This document shows positions 27,534 through 36,756 of a stretch of DNA of 64,000 nucleotides, piece by piece. The DNA lies in the NCBI GenBank assembly GCA_963836205.1, contig CAWIIV010000006.1:352001-416000 (forward strand), given 5' to 3'. Positions within the stretch are counted from its first letter, which is position 1. Each line of letters opens with the position of its first letter. This DNA is from an uncultured Acidimicrobiia bacterium. Its GTDB lineage: Bacteria; Actinomycetota; Acidimicrobiia; Acidimicrobiales; AC-14. Below the pieces are notes generated by a model. The model worked only from the letters and a program-made list of their open reading frames with translations. It had not been told where the DNA came from and made no database searches. The position numbers were made by a program, and so were the translations under genes.

Positions 27534-28694
27534 TCACGTGCTCCGGGGGCCGATCGGCACCGGCGGCGGCTCCGGTGGGAGGTCGACCTCCTCCTCCAGT
27601 TGGCGGGCGGTCTGGCGAACGCCCGGGTGGAGGAGGGTGTAGAGGACGACGGCGAGGCCGATGACGGCGAAGGGCACCACCGCGTTGCCCTGGTTGGTGT
27701 AGGTCGGCATGAGGACGACGCCCGAGAGGATGGCCGTCCACGCCCAGAGGATGAACACCGAGCGACGGGGACCGTGGCCCTGGTTCATGAGCTTGTGGTG
27801 GAGGTGTTCCTTGTCGGCCTGGGACAGGGCCGTGCGCCGCCGGGCCCGGCGCACGATGGCCAGGGCAGTGTCGAGGAAGGGGATGCCGAGGATCACGAAG
27901 GGGATGATCAGGGGGGCGAAGAAGAAGAAGGTCTGGCCGCTGAACTGGTCGGCCGTGCGCCCGCCCACGGAGATGGTGGTGGCGGCCAGCAGCAGGCCCA
28001 GGAGCAGGGCCCCGCTGTCGCCCATGAACACCTTGGCCGGGTGGAAGTTGTGGGGCAGGAAACCGACGCAGATGCCGCAGGTGATGGCCACCACGAGGGG
28101 GGCGACGTTGTCGGGCGACAGCAGGCCCACGTCGGACAGGCGGTAGGCGTACAGGAAGATGGCCCCGGCGGCAATGGCGACGACGCCGGCGGCCAGCCCG
28201 TCGAGGCCGTCGATGAGGTTGACGGCGTTGGCCATGGCCACCACCCAGATCACGGTCATGAGGAAGCCGAGGTCGGGCGAGAGCACGAAGAAGTCGGCGA
28301 ACGGGACCCGGAAGTAGAACATGGTGACGCCCAGCAGGCCGAGGACCGACCCCGCCAGGACTTGGCCCGCGACCTTGGCCGGCGCCGACACCTCCCGCAG
28401 GTCGTCGAGCAGGCCGACGCCGAAGATGATCACCGCGGCCACGGCCACGCCCAACGGTTCCGACGACGATTCGAACACCGGCCGGAACTGGGGCAGGAAC
28501 CAGGCCACGCCCAGGGCCGCGAACAGGGCCAGGAGCATGGCCGCGCCCCCCAGGGTGGGCGTGGGCCGCAGGTGGATGCGGCGCTCGTCGGGCACCACCA
28601 CCGCCCCGATCTTGACCGAGACCCGCCACACCGCCGGCGTCAGGGCGTACGTGACCAGGGCCGCCACCGCGAAGACGATCCCGTAACCAAGCAT
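27534..28694 (-). CDS. wecA: Undecaprenyl-phosphate GlcNAc-1-phosphate transferase (WecA/TagO, MraY family)
   Basis: GLLDD, NAVNLIDGLDGLA, HNFHPAKVFMGDSG and DKEHLHH. Confidence 0.9.
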   Translation of the reverse strand: MLGYGIVFAVAALVTYALTPAVWRVSVKIGAVVVPDERRIHLRPTPTLGGAAMLLALFAALGVAWFLPQFRPVFESSSEPLGVAVAAVIIFGVGLLDDLREVSAPAKVAGQVLAGSVLGLLGVTMFYFRVPFADFFVLSPDLGFLMTVIWVVAMANAVNLIDGLDGLAAGVVAIAAGAIFLYAYRLSDVGLLSPDNVAPLVVAITCGICVGFLPHNFHPAKVFMGDSGALLLGLLLAATTISVGGRTADQFSGQTFFFFAPLIIPFVILGIPFLDTALAIVRRARRRTALSQADKEHLHHKLMNQGHGPRRSVFILWAWTAILSGVVLMPTYTNQGNAVVPFAVIGLAVVLYTLLHPGVRQTARQLEEEVDLPPEPPPVPIGPRST

Positions 28695-28713
28695 CAGGTC
28701 CGCCCGCGGCGGT

Positions 28714-29985
28714 TCAGTCGTCCGGGTAGGGAGTGAACTTGGAGCAGAGGGTGGCGACCTCGTCGCGGATCTCGGCGACCGCCCCCTCGTCGTCGCGCTG
28801 GCGAAGGGTCCGGCCGATCAGGGCCGCGATCTCGCCCATCTCCGCCTCGCCCATGCCGGCGGTGGTGGTGGCGGCGGTGCCGAGCCGCAGGCCACTGGTG
28901 ACGAAGGGGGACCGGGGGTCGCCCGGGATCTGGTTCTTGTTCAGGGTGATCCCGGCCGCGTCGAGGACGTTCTGGGCCACCTTGCCGGTGAGCTCGGCGT
29001 CGAAGGGGCGCAGGTCGACCAGCATCAGGTGGTTGTCAGTCCCCCCCGAGACGAGGCGGAAACCCTCCCCCGCCAGGGCTTCGGCCAGGGCCCGGGCGTT
29101 GGCCACGACGCGGGCCGCGTAGTCCCGGAACGACGGCTGGGCGGCCTCGAGGAAGGCCACCGCCTTGGCCGCGATCACGTGCATGAGGGGCCCGCCCTGG
29201 AGGCCCGGGAACACGGCCTTGTCGATCGCAGTGGCGTGCTCGGAGGTGGTGAGGATGCAGCCCGCCCGCGGTCCCCGGAGGGTCTTGTGGGTGGTGAAGG
29301 TGACCACGTCGGAGTAGGGGACGGGGCTGGGATGGGCTCCCCCGGCGATGAGCCCGGCGATGTGGGCGGCGTCGAAGATGAGCAGGGCCCCGACCTCGTC
29401 GGCGATGGTGCGCAGAGGCTCGGGTTCGATGACCCGGGGGTAGGCGGTGGCGCCGGCCACGATTGCCTTGGGCCGGTGCTCCCGGGCCAGGTCGCGGATC
29501 TGGTCGTAGTCGAGGCGCTCGTCGCTCTCGCTGACGCCGTAGGAGACGAAGTGGTAGATACGCCCGGAGAAGTTGACCGGCGAGCCGTGGGTGAGGTGGC
29601 CGCCCTGGTCGAGGCGCATGCCGAGGACGGTGTCGCCCGGCTGGAGGAGGGCCAGGTAGGTGGCCATGTTGGCGTTGGCGCCGGAGTGGGGCTGGACGTT
29701 GGCGTGGTCGGCGCCGAAGAGGGCCTTGGCCCGCTCGCGGGCCAGGTCCTCGACCTCGTCGACCACGTAGTTGCCGCCGTAGTACCGGCGGCCGGGGTAG
29801 CCCTCGGCGTATTTGTTGGTGAGGACCGAGCCCTGAGCCGCCATCACCGCCGGCGACGTGAAGTTCTCCGAGGCGATGAGCTGGATGGTGGTGTTCTGTC
29901 GCTCCCGCTCCCGCCGGATGATGTCGAAGACGGCGGGATCGGCGCTGGCTTGGCGGTCGCCGAGAACATCGATCGGGGTCACCGG
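28714..29985 (-). CDS. glyA: Serine hydroxymethyltransferase
   Basis: [31 protein letters not shown] and QGGP; exact start uncertain. Confidence 0.97.
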   Translation of the reverse strand, partial: PVTPIDVLGDRQASADPAVFDIIRRERERQNTTIQLIASENFTSPAVMAAQGSVLTNKYAEGYPGRRYYGGNYVVDEVEDLARERAKALFGADHANVQPHSGANANMATYLALLQPGDTVLGMRLDQGGHLTHGSPVNFSGRIYHFVSYGVSESDERLDYDQIRDLAREHRPKAIVAGATAYPRVIEPEPLRTIADEVGALLIFDAAHIAGLIAGGAHPSPVPYSDVVTFTTHKTLRGPRAGCILTTSEHATAIDKAVFPGLQGGPLMHVIAAKAVAFLEAAQPSFRDYAARVVANARALAEALAGEGFRLVSGGTDNHLMLVDLRPFDAELTGKVAQNVLDAAGITLNKNQIPGDPRSPFVTSGLRLGTAATTTAGMGEAEMGEIAALIGRTLRQRDDEGAVAEIRDEVATLCSKFTPYPDD

Positions 29986-30545
29986 TACGACTGCTCGTAG
30001 TGGGGCGCCCACAGGAGGGCGACGAGGCGGTCGAGTTGCTCGTCGAGCTCGACGACCATGCGCTCGTAGGCGTTGCGGGGCAGGCCGATCGGGTCGGCCA
30101 CGTCGTCGGCGTGGGAGTTGCCCAGCAGGTCGGACGAGGTGCGGCCGGCGTGGGCCCGGGCCAGCCAGTCGGCCACGCTCTCGTCGCCCATCCGGGGACC
30201 GATGGCCTCGCCCCGGCGGACCAGCTCCTTGAGGGTGAAGGTCTTGGGGAACGCAGCGGGAACCATCACCACCGCCTCCCGGACGTGCTCCCGGGCCATG
30301 CCCAACACGAGGTCGGCCGTGCGCACGGCCTCCGCGGTGAGGCGGCGGCTGCGGTGGCTGGTGATGTCGAGACCCCGCCCGGCCAGCGTGTCGATGCTGC
30401 TCGAATGGGCCGGTCGGCCGTCATCGAGCATGCCCGCCGACCGCACCTGGGCCTCCACGCCGAGGGCGTGGAGGCGGTGGCGGAGCATGGCTTCGGCCGC
30501 CGGGGAGCGGCAGATGTTCCCGGTGCACAGCATGAGGACCCTGAT
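29979..30545 (-). CDS. Low-molecular-weight protein tyrosine phosphatase
   Basis: CTGNICRS P-loop, SAG and DVADPIG; start uncertain (ATC 30545 or ATG 30533). Confidence 0.9.
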   Translation of the reverse strand: MRVLMLCTGNICRSPAAEAMLRHRLHALGVEAQVRSAGMLDDGRPAHSSSIDTLAGRGLDITSHRSRRLTAEAVRTADLVLGMAREHVREAVVMVPAAFPKTFTLKELVRRGEAIGPRMGDESVADWLARAHAGRTSSDLLGNSHADDVADPIGLPRNAYERMVVELDEQLDRLVALLWAPHYEQSYR

Positions 30546-30739
30546 GCAGCCGAGTCTAACGGCGCCCACCCGACCGATCGCGACCTCCTCCGATGGTCTT
30601 GCGCACCACCCCGAGCCGCTCGCCGCCGCCGTCACCCAGCGAGCCGGGCCAGCGGGGGACGACGAGTCGAGGGAATGTCACCTCCCCCGCGGGTGGCTCG
30701 GTAGTCTGGCCGCTGGCCCGACGACGAAAGGAGGCGGAC

Positions 30740-32025
30740 TTGCCGGCGAGCCAATCGAAGATGGGAACCGTGGTGGTGGTGGGGCAGGGCTATGTGGGCC
30801 TGCCGCTGGCCATGCGGGCGATCGAGGTGGGTTGGTCGGTGGTGGGCCTCGACGTCGACGACCACCGGGTCAAGCGCCTTAACGCAGGCGAGTCCTACGT
30901 GGAGGACGTGACTTCCGCCGTCCTGCTGGCGGCCATCGAGTCGGGCCGCTACCAGGCGTCCACCGACCCGGCCGACTGCGCCGGATTCGACGTGGCCGTC
31001 ATCACCGTCCCCACCCCCCTGCGTGACGGTGCCCCCGATCTCTCGTTCATCGAGGAGGGCACGGCCACCGTCGCCCGCTACCTCCGCCCCGGTGCCACCG
31101 TCGTGCTCGAGTCCACCACCTACCCCGGTACGACCGAGGAGCTGGTGGCGCCCATCCTCGAGGCGGGCTCGGGCCTGGCTGCCGGTACCGACTTCCACCT
31201 CGGATACAGCCCCGAACGAATCGACCCCGGCAACCGCACGCACGACCTGGTCACCACGCCCAAGGTGGTCTCCGGCATCGACCCCGCCTCCCTCGCGGGG
31301 GTGCAGGACTTCTAAGCTACGACACGATCGTCGACCACACGGTGCCGGTGTCGAGCCCCAAGGTGGCGGAGATGGTGAAGCTGCTGGAGAACACGTTCCG
31401 GCACGTCAACATCGCCTTGGTCAACGAGCTGGCCATGTTCGCCTCCGACCTGGGGGTCGACGTGTGGGAGGCCATCGACGCCGCGTCCACCAAGCCCTTC
31501 GGGTTCATGCGCTTTACGCCCGGGCCGGGCGTGGGCGGCCACTGCCTCCCCATCGACCCGAGCTACCTCTCCTGGCGGGTGAAGCGGCTGCTGGGCCAGC
31601 AGTTCCGGCTGATCGAGCAGGCCAACGACGTCAACGATCACATGCCCGACTTCGTGGTCCAGCGGTTGGTCCTCGGCCTCAACCGCAAGCAGCAGGCGGT
31701 GAACGGCAGCCGCATCCTGCTCCTCGGGCTGGCTTACAAGGCCAACACCAGCGACGACAGGCAGTCGCCGGCGGTGGTGATCGCCGACCGCCTGCTCACC
31801 CTCGGGGCCGGGGTTCGGGCTGCCGACCCCCACGTGCTCGAGGACCACACCGATCGCCGGGTGGTGCGGGTGACGGCCGACGCCGAGGAGCTGGCCGCGG
31901 CCGACGCCGTCATCCTCCTGGCCGACCACGACTCCTTCGACCTCGACCTGGTGTGGCGCTCCGCCCGCTACGTCCTCGACACCCGCCACTGCCTGCCGTC
32001 CGGACCCCACGTGGAGTACCTGTAG
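30740..32025 (+). pseudogene. Nucleotide-sugar dehydrogenase (WecC/WbpA type) interrupted by a 5-nt insertion
   Basis: GQGYVGLP, ESTTYPGTT, SPERIDPG | KLLENTFR, GGHCLPIDP and GLAYK. Removing TAAGC at 31313-31317 restores ...QDFYDTIVD... Confidence 0.85.
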
Positions 32026-32053
32026 GAGCCCGGCGCCGGCCCTCCGTGGGTCC

Positions 32054-33706
32054 CTACGAACGGCTCGAACGCTTGGCGACGTGGTCGCGGTTGGCGTCGG
32101 CGGGGGGGAGTTGCTTCGCCCGGGGCTGCTTGGGCGCACGGGCCGCCTTGGTGGGCCGGTCGGCATTCGACTGAGACCCCTTGGTGCCGCCCGGTGGGGC
32201 AGGCTCGATGGGGTCGTAGCCGTACTTGCCGCCGTAGGCGGACTCGGGTCCGGCCCCGTTGAGGATGGCACCCACCAGGGGAGCGTTGACCTGGCGCAGC
32301 TGCTCGACGGCGAGGATGACGTCGCGGGTCGACGTGCGGTCGACGGCGCACACGATGAAGGTGACGTCGACCAGGCCGGCGATGATCATGGCGTCGCTCA
32401 CCGGCAGCACGGGCGGGGAGTCGATGAGCACGATCTCGGCCTCGGCCCGCAGCGAGGCCAGCACCTCCCGGGCTCGGCGGGAGGAGAGCAGCTCGGACGG
32501 GTTGGGCGGGAGCGGCCCCGAGGCGAGGACGTAGAGGCGGTCCTGGTCGGGGACCTGCTGGAGGGCGGCGCTGAGGGGCACCTTGCCCAGGAGCACCGAC
32601 GTGAACCCGATGTCGTTCGTCATGCCGAAGAACTCGTGCAGCCGGGGTCGACGCAGGTCGCAGCACACCAGGGCCACCTGCTGGCCGGCCCGGGCCAGGG
32701 CCACGCCCAGGTTGGCGAGGGTGGTGGTCTTGCCGTCGCCGGCCGTCGGGCTGGTGACCTGGATCATGGTCACCCCCTCGTTGGGGAGGAACTGCACCGC
32801 CGTGCGCAGGGTCCGGTAGGCCTCGGTGGCCGGCGAGCGGGGGGTGGTGAGCGACACCACGGTGGGCCGTCCCATCGAGCTGAGGCTGCTCCCCACGGTG
32901 GGGATGGCGCCGAGGACGGGCAGGCCGGACGCCCGTTCGAGCTGGTCCTTGTTGCGCAGGGAGTCGTCGAGCCGCTCCAGCAGGAGGGCGATGGCCACCG
33001 CCAGGCCGAGGCCCACGAGGCCGGCCATCAGCCCCGCCCGTCCCGGGCGGGGCGACACCGGGGAGGTGGGCAGGGCCGCCGGGGTGACCACCTGGGCCGC
33101 CCCGCTCTTGACCGCCCGCAGCACCTGGACCCGGTCGAGCTGCTGGCGCAGGGCCGTCTGCTGGGCGACCAGCGAGTCGCGGGCGTCGCCCTGGGCGGCG
33201 TCGACCTGGCCCTGGAGCTCGGTGATCCGCTTCTGGATCTCGGCCGCGGCCGTGTTGACGGCCTCGTCGGTCTGGCGGTGGCGAACGGTGACATAGCCGT
33301 CGGCGTAGGCGTTGGCGGTGGTGGCCGCCCGTTCGGCGCTGCCGCTGCGGGCCTTGATGGCGATCACGTCGGCGTCGCCGGCCGGGGAGGCCGACACCGA
33401 TGGCGCCTCGCCGATCGACGTCCGCACCGCGTCCTTCACTGTCGGGCTGGTGAGGATGCGGATCTCGGTCTCCACCAGCCGCTGTGGGTCGGTGCGAGGC
33501 CGGGAGTTGGGGTCGAGGGCGAGCTCGACGCCGCTGCTCTGCACCAGGACCTCGGCCGTGGCCTCGTAGACCGTCGGCCGGGAGGACGAGATCACCATCG
33601 AGAACCCGACGATGACCAGGACGGCGAGCACCACCGCCACCCGCCTCCGCCACACGCCCCGGAGGTATTGTCCGGCCTTACCCTCTCCCTTGGCGGCGGC
33701 GGGCAT
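32054..33706 (-). CDS. Polysaccharide co-polymerase / tyrosine autokinase (Wzc-like), copy 2
   Basis: EAYRTLRT, TSPTAGDGKTT, CDLRRPRLH, IDSPP and tail AYGGKYGY. Confidence 0.92.
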   Translation of the reverse strand: MPAAAKGEGKAGQYLRGVWRRRVAVVLAVLVIVGFSMVISSSRPTVYEATAEVLVQSSGVELALDPNSRPRTDPQRLVETEIRILTSPTVKDAVRTSIGEAPSVSASPAGDADVIAIKARSGSAERAATTANAYADGYVTVRHRQTDEAVNTAAAEIQKRITELQGQVDAAQGDARDSLVAQQTALRQQLDRVQVLRAVKSGAAQVVTPAALPTSPVSPRPGRAGLMAGLVGLGLAVAIALLLERLDDSLRNKDQLERASGLPVLGAIPTVGSSLSSMGRPTVVSLTTPRSPATEAYRTLRTAVQFLPNEGVTMIQVTSPTAGDGKTTTLANLGVALARAGQQVALVCCDLRRPRLHEFFGMTNDIGFTSVLLGKVPLSAALQQVPDQDRLYVLASGPLPPNPSELLSSRRAREVLASLRAEAEIVLIDSPPVLPVSDAMIIAGLVDVTFIVCAVDRTSTRDVILAVEQLRQVNAPLVGAILNGAGPESAYGGKYGYDPIEPAPPGGTKGSQSNADRPTKAARAPKQPRAKQLPPADANRDHVAKRSSRS

Positions 33707-33939
33707 CAGAGAGATGGTACCGACCGATGGCGGCAAACTCGTTGCCGCCCTGGCTACGGGCGTGGCGGTGCCGGTCCCGGCCGTACCTCACCGTCCTCGA
33801 ACGGAGCTGACGGCGTCGGTCGCTGACGGAGGCAGGGGCCGGGCCCGCGGCCGACGTCGTCCCTCGACGGCACGCCGAACGCACTTCGGGAGCCTGCCCG
33901 ACGGTGGAGAATCTCCCTCGCGACGGACGGGCCCGACCG

Positions 33940-34485
33940 TCAGCCGGCCACGATCGTCGCCGCCAGGGCCATCCGATGATCCTTGGCCCAGGGCGGTCCC
34001 AGCCTTGCCCGGGGGCCGTGGAGCACCTCGTCGGCCCGGTCACCGAGGATGCTCGTCGCCTGGCTTTCTACGTCCTTGGCGTTGAACAGATGGATGTCCC
34101 AGCCGCGGGCACGTGCCTGCTCGGCCAGCACCTGCCGGTACATGACGGAGTCGGCACGGGCCTCGTGGGGTGGGCGCCGTTGGACGGTGATGTCGTCGGG
34201 GAAGTCGAGCGGCCAAGCCCGCAGCGACATCGACACGATCGGTTCGGGCACTGCGGTTGCCAGCTCGTCGAGCGCAGCTGACGTCGCCCGCACCGCCGAC
34301 GCTCGCACCTTCACGACCAGCGCCGCGGTGGCGGCGTCGTCGAGAGGCTTGCCTTCGTGGTGGATCGGCGCCGTCGCCATGCCGGGTTCGATCAGCTCGA
34401 TCCTCCGGCGGTCCACGACCTTGTAATCGGTCGATGCAGTCACAACCACGGCCCATCCGAGATGATGTGCGATCCCCACGCGCAT
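33940..34485 (-). CDS. Hypothetical protein
   Basis: Globular-looking 181-aa ORF (GIAHHLGWAVVV...RRRIEL) with high-GC codon usage. Confidence 0.65.
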   Translation of the reverse strand: MRVGIAHHLGWAVVVTASTDYKVVDRRRIELIEPGMATAPIHHEGKPLDDAATAALVVKVRASAVRATSAALDELATAVPEPIVSMSLRAWPLDFPDDITVQRRPPHEARADSVMYRQVLAEQARARGWDIHLFNAKDVESQATSILGDRADEVLHGPRARLGPPWAKDHRMALAATIVAG

Positions 34486-34582
34486 GCCATCGAGTATTCC
34501 GCGGCCCAGACCACCGTGCTCAAGCGTGACCGCGGTCGCCCTGACGTGACCTGACCTGCCAGTTCTGTGTCGTGGCGGGTCG

Positions 34583-35449
34583 TCACCCGGTCATGGCGTC
34601 GAGCAGGACTGCGGCCATGCCCTGCATCCCGAGGGCGTTGGGGTGGACCGGCGCGGCCGGCGAGAGGGGGACGACGGGCTCGACCCACCTGATCCCCGGC
34701 AGCTGGCACGCATCGTGTCCCAGGCTGGGCCCGTAGACGTCGACAGAGCTGACGCCCGCCGCAGCCGCCTGGGCGGCAAGCATCGTGTTCAGCTCCTTCT
34801 CCTTGTCCCGGAGGTACGGAGCGTCACCGGGGGTGAACGGCATCACCGGCCAGCAGCCGGGCTGCACCTCCGGGAGGATCGCGGGGTAGCCCACGACGAA
34901 GACCCGTGCCTGAGGCGACCGGCGGGCGATCTCGTTGAGGGCGGCGGCGACCTTCGGGGCCGTCGCCGCGATGCGCCGGCTGATCTCGTCGACTCCACCC
35001 CCGGTGTAGAGGTCGCGGCACGGTGTCCCCAGAGGCAGGAGTGCCACGCACCGTCGGAGGATCTCGGAGAAGCCGATGTCGTTGCCGCCGATCTGCAGGC
35101 TGACAATGCCGACCGCGGCGTCGAGGGCGTCCAACTGCGGGGGGTTGGACCCGCCGTGGACTGGCTGCGCCGAGCTGAGGTCGACGGTGTCGGCGCCGCT
35201 GCAGCTGCGGTCACGCAGCACCGAGGCCCGGACACCCGCGACCAGGTGGGGATAGTTGTGGTCGGACCGCCAGCATCCCGGTGGGTCGGGCAGCTGGTTG
35301 GGAATCAGGGGCCCTGCCGTGTACGAGTCGCCCATGGCCACGTAGGACTCGGGGACAGCGGCCCGAACGGCCGGCACGTCCAGGCCGGCGGCCAGGATCG
35401 CCGCCGAGGCGGTCAACAGCAGGCGGGTGACAGCGGACCTCGAAAGCAT
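34583..35449 (-). CDS. Secreted SGNH/GDSL hydrolase (Streptomyces-type lipase/esterase)
   Basis: YVAMGDSY, CSGA, IGGND, GHDAC and HPN. Confidence 0.92.
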   Translation of the reverse strand: MLSRSAVTRLLLTASAAILAAGLDVPAVRAAVPESYVAMGDSYTAGPLIPNQLPDPPGCWRSDHNYPHLVAGVRASVLRDRSCSGADTVDLSSAQPVHGGSNPPQLDALDAAVGIVSLQIGGNDIGFSEILRRCVALLPLGTPCRDLYTGGGVDEISRRIAATAPKVAAALNEIARRSPQARVFVVGYPAILPEVQPGCWPVMPFTPGDAPYLRDKEKELNTMLAAQAAAAGVSSVDVYGPSLGHDACQLPGIRWVEPVVPLSPAAPVHPNALGMQGMAAVLLDAMTG

Positions 35450-35549
35450 CGTGGGAACCTCCTGAGCGCCAGACCCCTACCCCGGTGACGGGAAATCACC
35501 GCAACTGCGGGAGACGCTGTCCACGCTCCGTTCGATGTCGACCGCGGCG

Positions 35550-35665
35550 CGTGGGGCCGCTCGAAGCCGTCGAGGAGCAGGTCGAGGGTGCATCGAGCCG
35601 TGCCGACGACCGAGTCGTTGTCGTGGGCGGCAGCCCATGGCGATCTCCGTGATGTGCGCGATACC
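35550..35665 (-). pseudogene. Remnant of a TetR/AcrR C-terminal domain
   Basis: IAHITEIAM / AAAHDNDSVVG..C / LDLLLDGFER fragments in shifted frames. Confidence 0.5.
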
Positions 35666-36756
35666 GCCCTGCCCCTCGCCCCCAGCAGCGGCGGTCCGGG
35701 CTCCTTGGTCCCGAAATCCTTGCCCATCGCCGGCGAGAACTGCACTTGTCCGGCCCGAGTGCTGGGACACGTCGCGTTCGGAGTGCTCCACCGCTGATCA
35801 GGTCCTCGCAGCCAATGTTGTGGGGTGGAAAGCGCATTAGGCAACCGATCCCATCCCACTACCCCGAGGGCAAGGCTGCACCCGTGCGCAGAAGTGAGGC
35901 GCAGGGCACGAGGCAAATGGGCTCGTCTACGACAGGTTCCTGGGTGGGGCATGAAGCTGGCGGAACGGATGTTCTCGAATATTGGGACCGGCAGACGAAC
36001 TCGAAGACTCGACGCCCGCTTCCGTCGAGCCAGGCGGCACCGCTGATCGCCTATCACCGAGATCGGGCGCCGGGGTGACCGCCCCACTGCGCCGGGGTGA
36101 CCGCCCTACTGTCCACCAACGCCGCCACTCCTTCCGAGGGATTCGAGCGGGACCGCGGCCAGTCGACTCGCTTGCTCCGCTCGAACCGCCGGGTCAACGG
36201 GGACGAGGCCGAACTCGTCGAGATCATGCACGACGGCCAGTGGCCGACACACACCCACGGTGGCCAGCAGCGTTCCTCCGCCGACGACAATTCCACGGGG
36301 AGCGAGCACCTCCTCGGCGCCCAAACTTGCCGGAGGCGGGTCGACCCTTCTCCTCCTCCAGTGGGCGCATCACGGAGGAGCTACTTCGGCTGAACCTTCT
36401 CCCGCTCGAATCTTCGGCCGGCAGGTGCACCGCCTCCATCATTCGGGCCGGCGACGGCCGTAGGCATCCGGGAAGTTGCAGGCAAACCTGGGCGTCCACA
36501 CCTGCTGGCCGGCGAGCTCCATGTCCAGACGCGGATCGCCTCGTCGTACGTGATCGGACATTCGTCATTGTCTCCGACCCCGTCGCCGTGCCGCCCCGTT
36601 TGAGCCCGGAGATCGGCGAGGACGACGGGGCGTCGCCAGCTCGACTTTGCCTGGCCTCGCTTCGGTGGTTTCCCAGGAGCAGCACCAGGACCCGGGGACG
36701 CGGCAACTGATGTGCCTTGATCACTTGAGGCGAAGGTGGGGCAGTACGATTGCGGC

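Noticed and set aside
36097-36393. Short ORFs in the 35.5-36.7 kb region
   Set aside because: No motifs, atypical codon usage and no clear start signals; treated as decayed sequence.
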